The notes below the pieces were generated by a model. The model had not been told where the DNA came from, made no database searches, and worked only from the letters and a program-made list of their open reading frames with translations. The position numbers and the translations under genes were made by a program. A stretch of DNA of 63,557 nucleotides, counting the filler, from Octopus bimaculoides (Eukaryota): NCBI RefSeq assembly GCF_001194135.2. It is 7 parts of 6 records of this genome, joined end to end, with 100 filler letters (N's around TTAATTAATTAA, not from the genome) between each part and the next. Parts side by side here need not be neighbours in the genome. Positions count along the whole stretch, not along the records: positions 14,435 to 31,434 come from NC_068983.1; positions 31,535 to 44,929 come from NC_068981.1; 5 more parts are not named here. The stretch is one strand, 5' to 3'. The number at the start of each line of letters is the position of its first letter. Positions within the stretch are counted from its first letter, which is position 1. This document shows positions 25,487 to 37,515 of this stretch, piece after piece.

Positions 25487-25905
25487 AGATCACCTTTGGA
25501 GTAAAGACTGTTTGCCAACATAACATGGCAGTCCTGGTTTAGGATGAATGTTGCTGTAATTTAGCCCCAAGAGACATCATCTCCAGCTGGCTATACAGCA
25601 CGATCTGTGTCCTTATATTTTCAAACAAGGGAATCTAGCACCCCCACTCAGCTCAAAACAATATCTGTGTATCGTGATTTCCAGGTTATTTCCCTTCATC
25701 AGCACAGAATAGTTGTTTGGCTAGAGGTGGCGCTGCCAAATTCCCCTTTCAAAATATATAATTTTCAAAGTGACAATTAGTCACTGATCTATAAATTAGA
25801 AAATTACTATTTCTAAACAATCTTTACTCCAAGAGTATTGTTGCTGAATATCTCACGTTGTGAGATTTAAAAATAGTAATTTTCTAATTTAGAGATCACC
25901 TTTGT
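25487..25905 (-). mobile_element. Probable PLE pseudo-LTR-derived repeat with hammerhead motif and local inverted segments
   Basis: Hammerhead fold at 25664-25708; inverted segments at ~25786-25820 and ~25862-25898. Confidence 0.5.
25664..25708 (-). ncRNA. Type I hammerhead ribozyme-like motif
   Basis: UCUGUG-CUGAUGA-A-GG gaaauaa CC-UG-GAA-AUC ac GAU-A-CACAGA: 6-bp stem I, intact core, 3-bp stem III; extra nucleotides at the stem II junction. Confidence 0.6.
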
Positions 25906-26044
25906 ACTTTTCCCTGAAACTGGAAACTTTGTACTCTGCATCAGCTTCTACACAAAAGCTTTCACATTTGAAATAAGAATAGAAAAATGTTGGCTTAGGA
26001 ATAAGTGTTCACTGCTTCCTTAAATTACTGTGCATGGTCTATAG

Positions 26045-26795
26045 CAGCATTTCTCAACTGGGGTTCCACAAAAGGTTCCTAGGGGTTCCATGAGAAAGAG
26101 TGAGATAAGCTAATGCTAATTTCATGATCGTAATGTTACTATACATGCACAACATACTATTGATTATATATTGCTAAGCATTCAACCTGGCGCACTAACG
26201 TTTCTGCCAGCTCACCGCCTCAATGTAAACATTCATTTTAGAAATATATTCTTATTGCTTGGGGCTTTACTCCCTTACTTATTTCCTTATTTTACATTTC
26301 ATGACATTTTTGTTCAATGCGACTAACAATTCTGAATTCCTCATGCTTTTTTCTATCGTTTAAGCCTAAAAAAGGTATACTTTTATTTTAAAATTAAAAA
26401 ATTTATGTTAATTGAAGATGAATACCTGCCTTACTGCCCACCTTGAGGTCTCACATATTTTGATGTAACTTTTTTGTCTACTGAACCAAATCTCAAACTA
26501 TTTATGCCAAAGTGTAGCTGAGGAGATGTCCTCTTTGAAACTATTAACAGTTTGCAATTTAGTTGAGAACTGAATTAGTGGGGAAGCTTGGAAGCTGCTG
26601 TGATTGACAAAATGGTTGACTTAAGAATATATTCAACCACTAACGTGGTTGAATGATATATATTTATCATGTGAAATACAATGAAAAAAATATGAGAAAG
26701 ATATGGTATATAATTTTTTTTTGCGTAGGGGTTCCTTGAGACATGTAATTTATTTTAAGGGTTACACAAGGGTAAAAAAAAGTTGAGAAACACTG
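26045..26795. mobile_element. hAT-type MITE with perfect 8-bp TSD GTCTATAG
   Basis: CAGCATTTCTCAAC...GTTGAGAAACACTG; TSD at 26037-26044 and 26796-26803. Confidence 0.9.
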
Positions 26796-26823
26796 GTCTA
26801 TAGCCTGTCTGTCTTGTACTTAA

Positions 26824-27043
26824 CCCTTTAGTGTTTAAACCGGCTGTATCCGGCCCAAATATTCTACACATTTTATGCTCAAACTGGCCAGAACCAGCAT
26901 CTCGCACCTACCCTACAATGTCATTCTAAAAATAAGCAATTACATCTTTCCTATCTTGAAGCTACAAAATAATATCAGATAAATTTTTTTTAATGTGAAT
27001 AAATAAGGATTACTTTCGACAAATTAATCTGAACGCTAAAGGG
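26824..27043. mobile_element. piggyBac-type MITE
   Basis: TTAA|CCCTTTAG...CTAAAGGG|TTGA. Confidence 0.75.
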
Positions 27044-28196
27044 TTGATCCTGTTCTCATTGTCATCATTTGATGTCTGTGTTGGCATGAGTTGGACGGTT
27101 TGACCAGCACCCAGTGGGTCCAAGGACTGCAGAATCTGCTTTGGCAATGCTTCTGCAGTCCTTGGGTGCTGTATCATTTGCCAACCACTTTACACCATGT
27201 GCTGGATGTTTTCAGTCATGTTATACTAGAACTAAGCTGCCATGTAGCAGCTTGCAAGACTACAAACCCGGATGGGTGGGGGCTTTGTGTTGGGAGGTGA
27301 GAAGTTGGCCAGAGCAGAACAGGTTTCTTACCGTTGAAGGGTTTCATGATTACTCAACACTTTAGGGGGAGAATGATTGGATGGGACTGGAAAGCTATAA
27401 AGATAGTGATGGTGGCATGTGTGGATGAACCCTCAGGGTACACAGTGAGTAGAAGTGTGGTGGAGACAGAGGAACCAAGAATATCGGTGGCAGCGAAAAC
27501 CAAAGATGAGATAGGGTTTGAAGGGTAGATAAGGAGTGGGTGTGACAACTGATATATGAGTTGTGGGGAGTAGAAGATGACTGACTGTACAGAAAAAAGT
27601 GGGGGTACAGCAGAATAGCGATAATGATGTGTAAGGGAGGGAGCTGACATGTGGGTGGGTGGGGGCAAAGATAGGTAGGCATTGTTGGTGAGGAACTAAG
27701 TAAAAATAAAGAATTTAGAAATAGCTCGTGGTTAAATTTATGCTGATATCTGCAAAATCTCTGCTGTTAATTATGAACATTCTCTGATGAAAAGCTTCTC
27801 TTTGTACATACTGCAACTTTGAATATATCATTGTAACAACCCTATTCTTACTTGACAGCAGTTCAGAAACATTCATCGTAATGAAATTAATGATTATTTA
27901 ATAATAAAGCATGAGGTATGTCTATTCAAATAATAAAAGCATAGGTTTAATTATTTCTAACGTTTTCAACATATGAAATTACTAAAAATAGGGTTGAACA
28001 TTAGGGAAAATTTTTATGGGCTAGCCAACATTAGACTCTAGTCGAGATATGCTGTTTTAAAAATTGATGATTTAAAAACTACAGATATTTTTGCACCAAG
28101 ACTTACAGTCAACACCCTTTATATTTTCTTAATCTCATTTTGAAACATTAATGTTTTATGAAAAATTTCTATATATTAAGCTAGTTACTGTGTTTC

Positions 28197-28235
<39 letters not shown>

Positions 28236-28238
<3 letters not shown>

Positions 28239-28680
28239 GAGGCGCAATGGCTCAGTGGTTAGGGCAGCGGACAAGCGGTCATANNNNNNNNNNAATGGCT
28301 CAGTGGTTAGGGCAGCGGACAAGCGGTCATAGCATCGCGGTTTCGATTCCCAGACCGGGCGTTGTGAGTGTTTATTGAATGAAAATACCTAAAGCTCCAC
28401 AAGGCTCTGGCAGGGGATGGTGGTGACCCCTGCTGTACTCTTTCACTACAACTTTCTCTCTCTTACTTCCTGTTTCTGTTGTGCCTGTAATTCAAAGGGC
28501 CAGGCTTGTCACACTCTGTGTCACACTGAATCTCCCCGAGAACTACATTAAGGGTACACGTGTCTGTGGAGTGCTCAGCCACTTGCACGTTAATTTCACG
28601 AGCAGGCTATTCGGTTGATCGGATCAACTGGAACCCTCGTCGTTGTAAGCGACGGAGTGCCAACAACAACAACAACAACC
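28236..28680 (+). mobile_element. tRNA-derived SINE family B (head ggaggcgcaatggctcagtggttagg), (AAC)n tail
   Basis: A box TGGCTCAGTGG, B box GGTTTCGATTCC; head duplicated across a 10-N gap. Confidence 0.9.
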
Positions 28681-28775
28681 CAGCAAGTAAAGAAGATGGT
28701 ATTTTCATTGATTACCTCTAAGAATACAGAAATCCTTATCTTGTCAACAATGTCACACACATATTTGAACTAATG

Positions 28776-28885
28776 CAGTGGTTCCCAATCTTTCCACTAC
28801 CAAGGACCCCTTTTATTTAAATGAGTTTTCCCATGGACCCCCCCCCCCAGTACTACCTTTGCAGCCCACAGGTTGAGAACCACTG
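28776..28885. mobile_element. Short hAT-type MITE
   Basis: CAGTGGTTCCCAA...GTTGAGAACCACTG; flanks aactaatg/aactaaca. Confidence 0.75.
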
Positions 28886-28984
28886 AACTAACATAAAGTT
28901 TGTCTATTTCTCATCACTATTTCATGCTAATTACTTGTATAAAATTAAGTCTATTTATTTGTGGTAGCATAGAACTTGGGGTTC

Positions 28985-29290
28985 TTTGAACCAATGAATT
29001 CTTTGGTCGATGCCAGTGCCACCTGTCTGGCTCCCATAGCAGTGGCATGTAAAAAGCACCATTCTAGCATAGTCGATGCCAGTGCCGCTTGAGTGGCTTC
29101 TCTGCTGGTGGCACGTAAAAAGCACCCACTACACTCTGAGTGGTAATCGTTAGGAAGGGCATCCAGCTGTAGAAACCTTGCCTAATCAAATTGGAGCCTG
29201 ATGCAGCCTCCTGGATTGTCAGTGCTCAGTCAAACCATCCAACCCATGCCAGCATGGAAAGCAGACGTTAAATAATGATAATAATGATGT
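28985..29290 (+). mobile_element. SINE family C (AGGAAGGGCATCCAG central domain; RTE-type ..TTAAA-(GAT)n tail)
   Basis: Same family at 31050-31290 (-), 51688-51958 (-) and 16315-16520; the central motif resembles the Meta-SINE domain (from recollection). Confidence 0.8.
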
Positions 29291-29985
29291 CTTGAGCTGA
29301 CTTTTGGTTCTTGTTATAAAAAAAACCCTTTGCAGAAAGTTACTGAGATGCTTGAAAAAGGAATCAGATGGAAAGTAAGAAGGGTGGGGTGGGGTTTTGC
29401 AGCCCATTTTGTTCAGTTTCTGCAGAGTAACTTGTGACATTGTGACACATAGAGTTGGGCACTTCATGGAGAAGAATTAGTCTTTTTTAATTACCCCCAT
29501 GCTGGATATAAACATTGCAGTTTTTAGTACATATATCTCTCTCTTGTAATTTTCTCCAGTCAGTCGTCTAAGTGGCTACTAACCTGTCTCTGTCTAATTC
29601 TGCCTCTTCCACCTTCCTATCTTCGTCTCTTTAAGTCTGTTTTACTTTCACTGTCTCTTGTATTTCTGAAAGAGTAGTGTGACGAGCTTGAAGCTTTTCA
29701 ATGTGAATGAATTCTATAAATGTTTGAAAAAAAATCCTTTGAGGAATGCAGGTGAGACATTATATAAAAAAAATATGTAAGGTGATGTCAGTAAAGGAAA
29801 ACAGAGAAAGAATATTGTATTACTTTACACAGGTTTTATAATAATCTGATAATATTTTGGGAAAGATTCCCCTTTTCAAATAGAAAAAATAAAATAAAAA
29901 GAGTTTAGAGTAATATGTTGTTATAGGTAGGCTGTTCTTGTGTGTGTGTTTTTATTTCAACTTTTTTTTCTTCTTCTTTCTACAG

Positions 29986-30185
29986 AAGGAGCTTTGAAGG
30001 CACACAAAACAAGTGAGAAACATTTGAGTCGGGCTGAAGCTTTTCATTCTTGTTTACTGGAAGCAGCCCACAGTGTTCATGTGACAGGCTTTTCTCGAAA
30101 CGTTGGCAAAGATGCGTTGTACAACTATTTCATGCAGTTTGGTAAAGTTGTTGATGTTACATATGTTGATCAGAATAACTCATGG
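29986..30185 (+). CDS. TUT1: Coding exon 2 of the TUT1/Star-PAP-like gene (end of zinc finger plus first half of RRM)
   Basis: Polypyrimidine tract-TACAG acceptor and TGG|GTGAGC donor; EGALKAHKTSEKH...SVHVTGFSRNVGKDALYNYFMQFGKVVDV parallels human TUT1 LDAHLGGRKH...[26 protein letters not shown] (recalled). Confidence 0.85.
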
Positions 30186-31049
30186 GTGAGCACGTTACCA
30201 TCATTATTTCTTCATTGTCTTTTCTATCCTGTTTTGATTAAAGGGTACAACGGGGACAGTTAGAACACTGGACCAACCACTCAAATTCTGCATCACAATT
30301 ATTGTCATATTTTTGCTTTACATGAGACTAGATCCCATTTTACATGGTAGTTTATTGCTGTTGTGGCGAGAGTCTTTGACACCCCTGGCAGATTGAAGAA
30401 TGGACTGGCCTGAACTCTTATAAAGAGTAGTGGTTGGTTGGGGAGAGCATTTTGGTGGTCTCGCGAAGTACATCGTGTGAGCGCATTGATTAAGCTGCAT
30501 AATTTATGTATGCCAGCCTGTGGCAGGATATAAAAGTGGTAATGAGATATTTGAAGCTTGCATAGAACGTTTAAATTTTTGTGGGGTATGAAACCAAAGA
30601 AAAGTTATTTAGCATGGAAGTACTGCCTAAATGAAAGAAATATTAAGTTTCCCTTGGAGGAAAATCTTAAAAAGGGAGATGTGATGGAAGAAAAATAAAT
30701 AAATAAAAATAATATTAACTTCCAATGGAAATCAATCTCAAAGGGATTGTGTTGTGGTGGGAGTCATTGGCACCCCTAGCGTATTGGAAGAATGGACTAG
30801 CCGAACTCTTATAAAGAGTAGTAGTCGGGGAGAGTGTTTTGGTAGTCTCACAAAATGTGTCATGTGAACACGTTGATTTAACCTCTGCTGCATAATACTA
30901 ACCTGTGACAGGATATAAAAATTACCTATGGCTGTGATTCTCAACTGCTTTTTACCCATGGACTCCTTTGATTCCTGTTTCACACTACTGGACCTCCATA
31001 GCTATTTGAAGTGTATATAAAACATCCTCTGTATTTTTATAGGCACGTT

Positions 31050-31290
31050 AGAAAATCATTCGAGCGAGGTCGTTGCCAGTGCCGCTGGCACGTAAAAAAC
31101 ACCTTTTTGAGTGTGGCCGTTGCCAGTACCGTGTGACTGGCCCTCGTGCCGGTGGCATGTAAAAGCACCCACTACACTCTCGGAGTGGTTGGCGTTAGGA
31201 AGGGCATCCAGCTATAGAAACTCTGCCAGATCAGATTGGAGTCTGGTGCAGCCTTCTGGCTTGCCAGTCCTCAGTCAAATCGTCCATTTT
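31050..31290 (-). mobile_element. SINE family C fragment
   Basis: ggttggcgttaggaagggcatccagctatagaaac motif with the family body; orientation not firmly resolved. Confidence 0.65.
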
Positions 31291-31534
31291 CTATGCTGAC
31301 ATGTCTGTTGTGGCACGGTTTCTATTTAAGAGTGTCCTGGGTGCTTTTTGCGTGCCACTTGCATGGGCAAAGCCCACCACATCTTATAGTGGAAACAACA
31401 GTTCAAAAGATAATCGTTTATTCCTTTGTCATATNNNNNNNNNNNNNNNNNNNNNNNNNNNNNNNNNNNNNNNNNNNNTTAATTAATTAANNNNNNNNNN
31501 NNNNNNNNNNNNNNNNNNNNNNNNNNNNNNNNNN

Positions 31535-31821
31535 TCCACAGACACGTGTACCCTTAACGTAGTTCTCGGGGATATTCAGCGTGACACAGAGTGTGACAAG
31601 GCTGGCCCTTTGAAATACAGGCACAACAGAAACAGGAAGAAAGAGTGAGAGAAAGTTGTGGTGAAAGAGTACAACAGGGTTCGCCACCACCCCCTACCGG
31701 AGCCTCGTGGAGCTTTAGGTGTTTTCGCTCAATAAACACTCACAACGCCCGGTCTGGGAATCGAAACCGCGATCCTACGACCGCGAGTCCACTGCCCTAA
31801 CCACTGGGCCATTGCACCTCC
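31535..31821 (-). mobile_element. SINE family B, 5' part (truncated by a gap)
   Basis: Reverse complement of the head and body seen at 28236. Confidence 0.88.
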
Positions 31822-32907
31822 ACCAAGACACACATACGCATACACATAAGCGCGCACACACACACTGCTATACACAACGAACATCCATCCATTTTCAGTC
31901 TACCAAATTCACTCATACAGTATTGATTGACCCGGAGCTTGTAGTAGATTTGCCCAACATACCGTATTGTAGGACTGAACCCGATACAACAGGGTTGTAA
32001 AGGTAGCTTCTTAACCACACAGCCACGTGAGCAATTAATGGATGTTTTAAAACTTTAATTTTAGACTAATATATTTTTCTTTCTCTTTAACAGCTTCTAC
32101 TATCGCTACTCACCATATATACATATATATATATATANNNNNNNNNNTGGTAAGCAAGCTACTTACCACACAGCCACTCCTGCGCCTATTAGTAAATATT
32201 GCTTAATCGGATAAGTAATGATGAGAGACTGCACTTTAGAAGCGTAAAATATATTCTGTGGTTGCATTTAATATAAAATATAGGACACAAGACATTTTAG
32301 CACAACCGTTTTGGTGCCGCTTATTTGGCGCTGCAGATTTGACATTGTTTTATTTCAAATAAAACGTTTAAATGTTTTTTTCTCGTTCTCTCCAGCTCTG
32401 AAGAATCAAGATTTCTCCAAACTTGATCTAACATTAAGGTAAACGTTAGGTTTATTGTCCGGAGATACGAAGAGAGTCATAGACACGTGTTTCTGACTCA
32501 ATAGCTGCCATAGTCACGTTCCTTAAATAAGGGAATACAGTTTTGCACATTGTTTGAGTTGATTATTAAACGTTTCCTAATTCTCGTCAGAAGATATTTC
32601 AACGTCTCTGATGACAAACATAGCTAAAACACGAGTATTTTGGCAGTTTGTGAAAGGAAGAGAAAGGAACGAAAATATGCGCGTCAATAAGTAAAAGTAA
32701 AGGTTTAATATCTGTACCTTTTATGTTATTTCAGTCACTGGACAGCGGCCATGCTGGAGCACATAATCGAAGGGTTTAGTCAATAAACCGACACCAATAC
32801 CTATTCTTTAAAGCCACGACGAATCACTAATGGAAGAGAGTTTAAATAAACCAACACTGGTTGTGAAGCTGTGGAAGGGGGTCAAGCACAAATACCAAGA
32901 CACACAT

Positions 32908-33131
32908 GGTTGGCACTCCGTCGGTTACGACGTCGAGGGTTCCACTTGATCCGACCAATGGAACAGCCTGCTCGTGAAATTAACGTGCAAGTGGCTGAGC
33001 ACTCCACAGACACGTGTACCCTTAACGTAGTTCTCGGGGATATTCAGCGTGACACAGAGTGTGACAAGGCTGGCCCTTTGAAATACAGGCACAACAGAAA
33101 CAGGAAGAAAGAGTGAGAGAAAGTTGTGGTG
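32908..33131 (-). mobile_element. SINE family B, 3' part (truncated by a gap)
   Basis: Shares an identical ~130-bp stretch with 31535-31665. Confidence 0.88.
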
Positions 33132-34373
33132 NNNNNNNNNNNNNNNNNNNNNNNNNNNNNNNNNNNNNNNNNNNNNNNNNNNNNNNNNNNNNNNNNNNNN
33201 NNNNNNNNNNNNNNNNNNNNNNNNNNNNNNNNNNNNNNNNNNNNNNNNNNNNNNNNNNNNNNNNNNNNNNNNNNNNNNNNNNNNNNNNNNNNNNNNNNNN
33301 NNNNNNNNNNNNNNNNNNNNNNNNNNNNNNNNNNNNNNNNNNNNNNNNNNNNNNNNNNNNNNNNNNNNNNNNNNNNNNNNNNNNNNNNNNNNNNNNNNNN
33401 NNNNNNNNNNNNNNNNNNNNNNNNNNNNNNNNNNNNNNNNNNNNNNNNNNNNNNNNNNNNNNNNNNNNNNNNNNNNNNNNNNNNNNNNNNNNNNNNNNNN
33501 NNNNNNNNNNNNNNNNNNNNNNNNNNNNNNNNNNNNNNNNNNNNNNNNNNNNNNNNNNNNNNNNNNNNNNNNNNNNNNNNNNNNNNNNNNNNNNNNNNNN
33601 NNNNNNNNNNNNNNNNNNNNNNNNNNNNNNNNNNNNNNNNNNNNNNNNNNNNNNNNNNNNNNNNNNNNNNNNNNNNNNNNNNNNNNNNNNNNNNNNNNNN
33701 NNNNNNNNNNNNNNNNNNNNNNNNNNNNNNNNNNNNNNNNNNNNNNNNNNNNNNNNNNNNNNNNNNNNNNNNNNNNNNNNNNNNNNNNNNNNNNNNNNNN
33801 NNNNNNNNNNNNNNNNNNNNNNNNNNNNNNNNNNNNNNNNNNNNNNNNNNNNNNNNNNNNNNNNNNNNNNNNNNNNNNNNNNNNNNNNNNNNNNNNNNNN
33901 NNNNNNNNNNNNNNNNNTATATGTATGTATATATAAATAAGATATATATACACTTGCATATTTGTGTACATACATCCAAACATGCAAACCTATCTAAATA
34001 TCTACCTACCTACCTACCAACATACATACATACATATATACATACGCACATACATACATACATACATACATACATACATGCAAACATATATACGCTTCAA
34101 CTTCCTCCTAATTTGATTTTCATTTGTTTTTCTTTTCTTTTACTTAATATCGAATAATATCTTTCTTTCTAATTACATTTCCTGTCTGCGTTTTATTTAT
34201 TTATTTATTTATTTATTTGTTGGTTTGTTTGCTTGTTTTATTATTTGCGTGTTTGTTTATTGAAGACTCCTCTCTTTTTTTCCAGCAATTTTGACTTCCT
34301 TGAAATATAGTAAATATGTTGCTGAGGAATTGCAGTAGTGTGAGACTAGCATAAGCATTTATTAGTAGAGAGG

Positions 34374-34427
<54 letters not shown>

Positions 34428-36588
34428 CAAGCACACGCATGCACATACGCGATCATATGTATGTATGTACGTATGTATGTACGTCATTCAGTTTTATTTC
34501 AAGATTTCTTACCAATATAGAAAGAGCCGGTTTCTAACCTAGATCCAAGGCTCCCTCATCGGAATTTCAACATCAACAACACCGTATTTTTCTTTGTATG
34601 TATGTATGAATGCATGTTTATGTGGAGATTTGTATGTTTTGTTTCATGTATGTATTCTCATGTATATGCTTGCATATCTAGACATGCTCATGTATATTTA
34701 AATGATAAACTTCTGGAGACATTTTCAGTGATGGATCGGATCTGTAATGTATGTATGTATATATGTATACATACGTATATNNNNNNNNNNNNNNNNNNNN
34801 NNNNNNNNNNNNNNNNNNNNNNNNNNNNNNNNNNNNNNNNNNNNNNNNNNNNNNNNNNNNNNNNNNNNNNNNNNNNNNNNNNNNNNNNNNNNNNNNNNNN
34901 NNNNNNNNNNNNNNNNNNNNNNNNNNNNNNNNNNNNNNNNNNNNNNNNNNNNNNNNNNNNNNNNNNNNNNNNNNNNNNNNNNNNNNNNNNNNNNNNNNNN
35001 NNNNNNNNNNNNNNNNNNNNNNNNNNNNNNNNNNNNNNNNNNNNNNNNNNNNNNNNNNNNNNNNNNNNNNNNNNNNNNNNNNNNNNNNNNNNNNNNNNNN
35101 NNNNNNNNNNNNNNNNNNNNNNNNNNNNNNNNNNNNNNNNNNNNNNNNNNNNNNNNNNNNNNNNNNNNNNNNNNNNNNNNNNNNNNNNNNNNNNNNNNNN
35201 NNNNNNNNNNNNNNNNNNNNNNNNNNNNNNNNNNNNNNNNNNNNNNNNNNNNNNNNNNNNNNNNNNNNNNNNNNNNNNNNNNNNNNNNNNNNNNNNNNNN
35301 NNNNNNNNNNNNNNNNNNNNNNNNNNNNNNNNNNNNNNNNNNNNNNNNNNNNNNNNNNNNNNNNNNNNNNNNNNNNNNNNNNNNNNNNNNNNNNNNNNNN
35401 NATCAAACATTCTGCTTGAATCAAATTCAAAATTGTTTCCAATTGGATTCGAGCTACAGGTATGCGAAAGACATGAATAAATACATTAAAATGCTTTTTA
35501 GCAGATACAATACCATTTTAGACTTGCCTATATCAACCTGTTTCTCTTTTACAACGCATCAAACATGTCAGAACGCACAACCACACCTTCATAAAAGACA
35601 GGGAAAATGAACTCAACAACACTAGCTGCTTGATGTTCAGTCTCTGGCACCAGTTTCATACTCAGTGTATGTTTGTGACCCTTTGCATATTTGCATAAGA
35701 AGTGCAAGTGGGTGCAGTAACACATGTACGGACTGCTACCAGTTCAGTTTGGTGTGTTTGTTCTTACTGGCGAAGCGGTTGCCGTAACCTTTTGCAATTC
35801 CTTAGGTCAATAGCTTCAGTGTTCACAAAGCTAACTCGTGTCTGATTGTGTGAACAGTAATAACCCTCTTCCTCCTTCTCCTTTCCTTTCTTTCGCAACA
35901 TCATCATCATCGTCGTCGTTGTCGTCTCGTCGTCGTCGTCTCGTCGTCGTCGTCGTCGTCGTCGACGTTGTCGTTGTCATCGTAGTGGTATTCATCATTC
36001 TATGAGCCAACAAGCAAGTCTGTAAGCAGCCTCACCACCTAGAAACGCAAGCCAAAAGTCTCACTCAAATGGTATCCAACCACCATCTTTAAAAAAAAAA
36101 CTCACATTAGTTAATCTTGCCTGGGAACCAGGCGTGATGGTCATGGTTGGTACTCATTTAGGGCTTACATTGAGACAAACAATAACAGTAATACTATAAA
36201 GTTAAAGAAGTGATTTTAAATTCTCAATCGCAGAATAATGCTAATAATATAGCCTGAACAGGATAAACTACCCCTACTTGATGGTGAAGTTGATAGTGAG
36301 GATATTGTCCATGATGTTAGTGTCGGTGTTGATGGAATGAGGGTGATAAGAGGGTGGACACGTGGTGGTGATGAAGAATCAGTGGAAAGAACAAATCCAG
36401 AAAGCGAGAAGATTTATCTCTCTTTTGAACGTCGTCTAACCTACTAAGGTTGACAACGAGAATCTACGCCATCTCCAATATTATATGGTATGGTAGCTGT
36501 CAAAGGCTAAACACTTCACACCTAGGCCACTGATCCTGCTAGGGTTGCTTCACCCCACCCAAAAAGAGCTCTCTCTCTCTGTCTCTCT

Positions 36589-36649
<61 letters not shown>

Positions 36650-36748
36650 CCTCATTCTCTCTGCTAGCTCTCTATTTTCACCAAACAATTCGATATTTTG
36701 AGACGAAACATACGAGAGAATATCCTAAATCTGCCTTAGAGCAACCTT

Positions 36749-36791
<43 letters not shown>

Positions 36792-37063
36792 CGTGTGTAT
36801 GTGTGTGATCCTGTATAATATGGAGACATCTGCCGTTATTATTTGAAGACCTTTTTGCTATGAAATTACGGTCGATGTGTAAACATCCTAACATTCTGTG
36901 AATAAACAGAAAAACAACCGGGTATCTTCTCACAGGCTTGCTTCAGACAAGCTGCAGTCTTTATTTTTCATTTGCTCCGAAAACTTACAACAACAACAAC
37001 GACGACGACGATGACGACGACGACGCCGATGATGACGATGTTAATATTAATATATATACATAT

Positions 37064-37260
37064 ATGCGTATAAGAAGGATGACCGCTAAGTGGACATCCA
37101 ATATGCTAGAAAGAGGTCATCAACAACCCAACCACAAAATGCTCTGGTGTTTGCTGAATTTTTTTCTGGAGAACATTATTTTTCTTTGTGGTTGGGTCGT
37201 TGATGACCTCTTTCTAGCATATTGGATGTCCACTTAGTGGTCATCCCTTCTTATACGCAT
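37064..37260. repeat. Near-perfect 197-bp inverted repeat (hairpin)
   Basis: ~74-bp arms with 2 substitutions and 1 indel; no TSD seen. Confidence 0.92.
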
Positions 37261-37478
37261 GCAATACAATTTTTCTGAATTATCAGATTTTTTATATGCT
37301 AGACCACTGGTTTCAAATTGAAATTAATATATTCAATTTATCACCCTCTGTATATATATATATATATACAGTACATATATATATATATGGGAGAATATAA
37401 AAAAAATAACAACAGACGAGGACAGGTGGTGTAAATAACAAAAGTATATATTAGTATGACGCTCGGGAATACGGAAAG

Positions 37479-37515
37479 TCTTTGACGTTTCGAGCTACGC
37501 TCTTCAACAGAAAGA
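37479..37515 (-). ncRNA. Minimal hammerhead-like motif with a CUGUUGA core variant, in a probable PLE terminal repeat
   Basis: UCUUU-CUGUUGA-A-GAGC gua GCUC-GAAACGUC-AAAGA; stems I and II are perfect and helix III is the palindrome ACGU. Confidence 0.55.

Noticed and set aside
27270-27700. Possible LINE endonuclease relic on the minus strand
   Set aside because: Motifs too decayed to assign
28254-28331. Tandem duplication of a SINE head
   Set aside because: The copies are identical and separated by 10 Ns; likely an unmerged contig overlap
28236-28345. tRNA gene candidates at SINE heads (also 17336, 24445, 55064, 55529)
   Set aside because: They have A/B boxes but no complete cloverleaf, and continue into repeated SINE bodies
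31535-33131. Identical ~130-bp SINE B segment at 31535 and ~33003
   Set aside because: Both abut gaps; it cannot be distinguished from an assembly duplication
36256-36450. ~60-codon frames open on both strands
   Set aside because: Weak splice signals, no homology to TUT1 or any family I recognise
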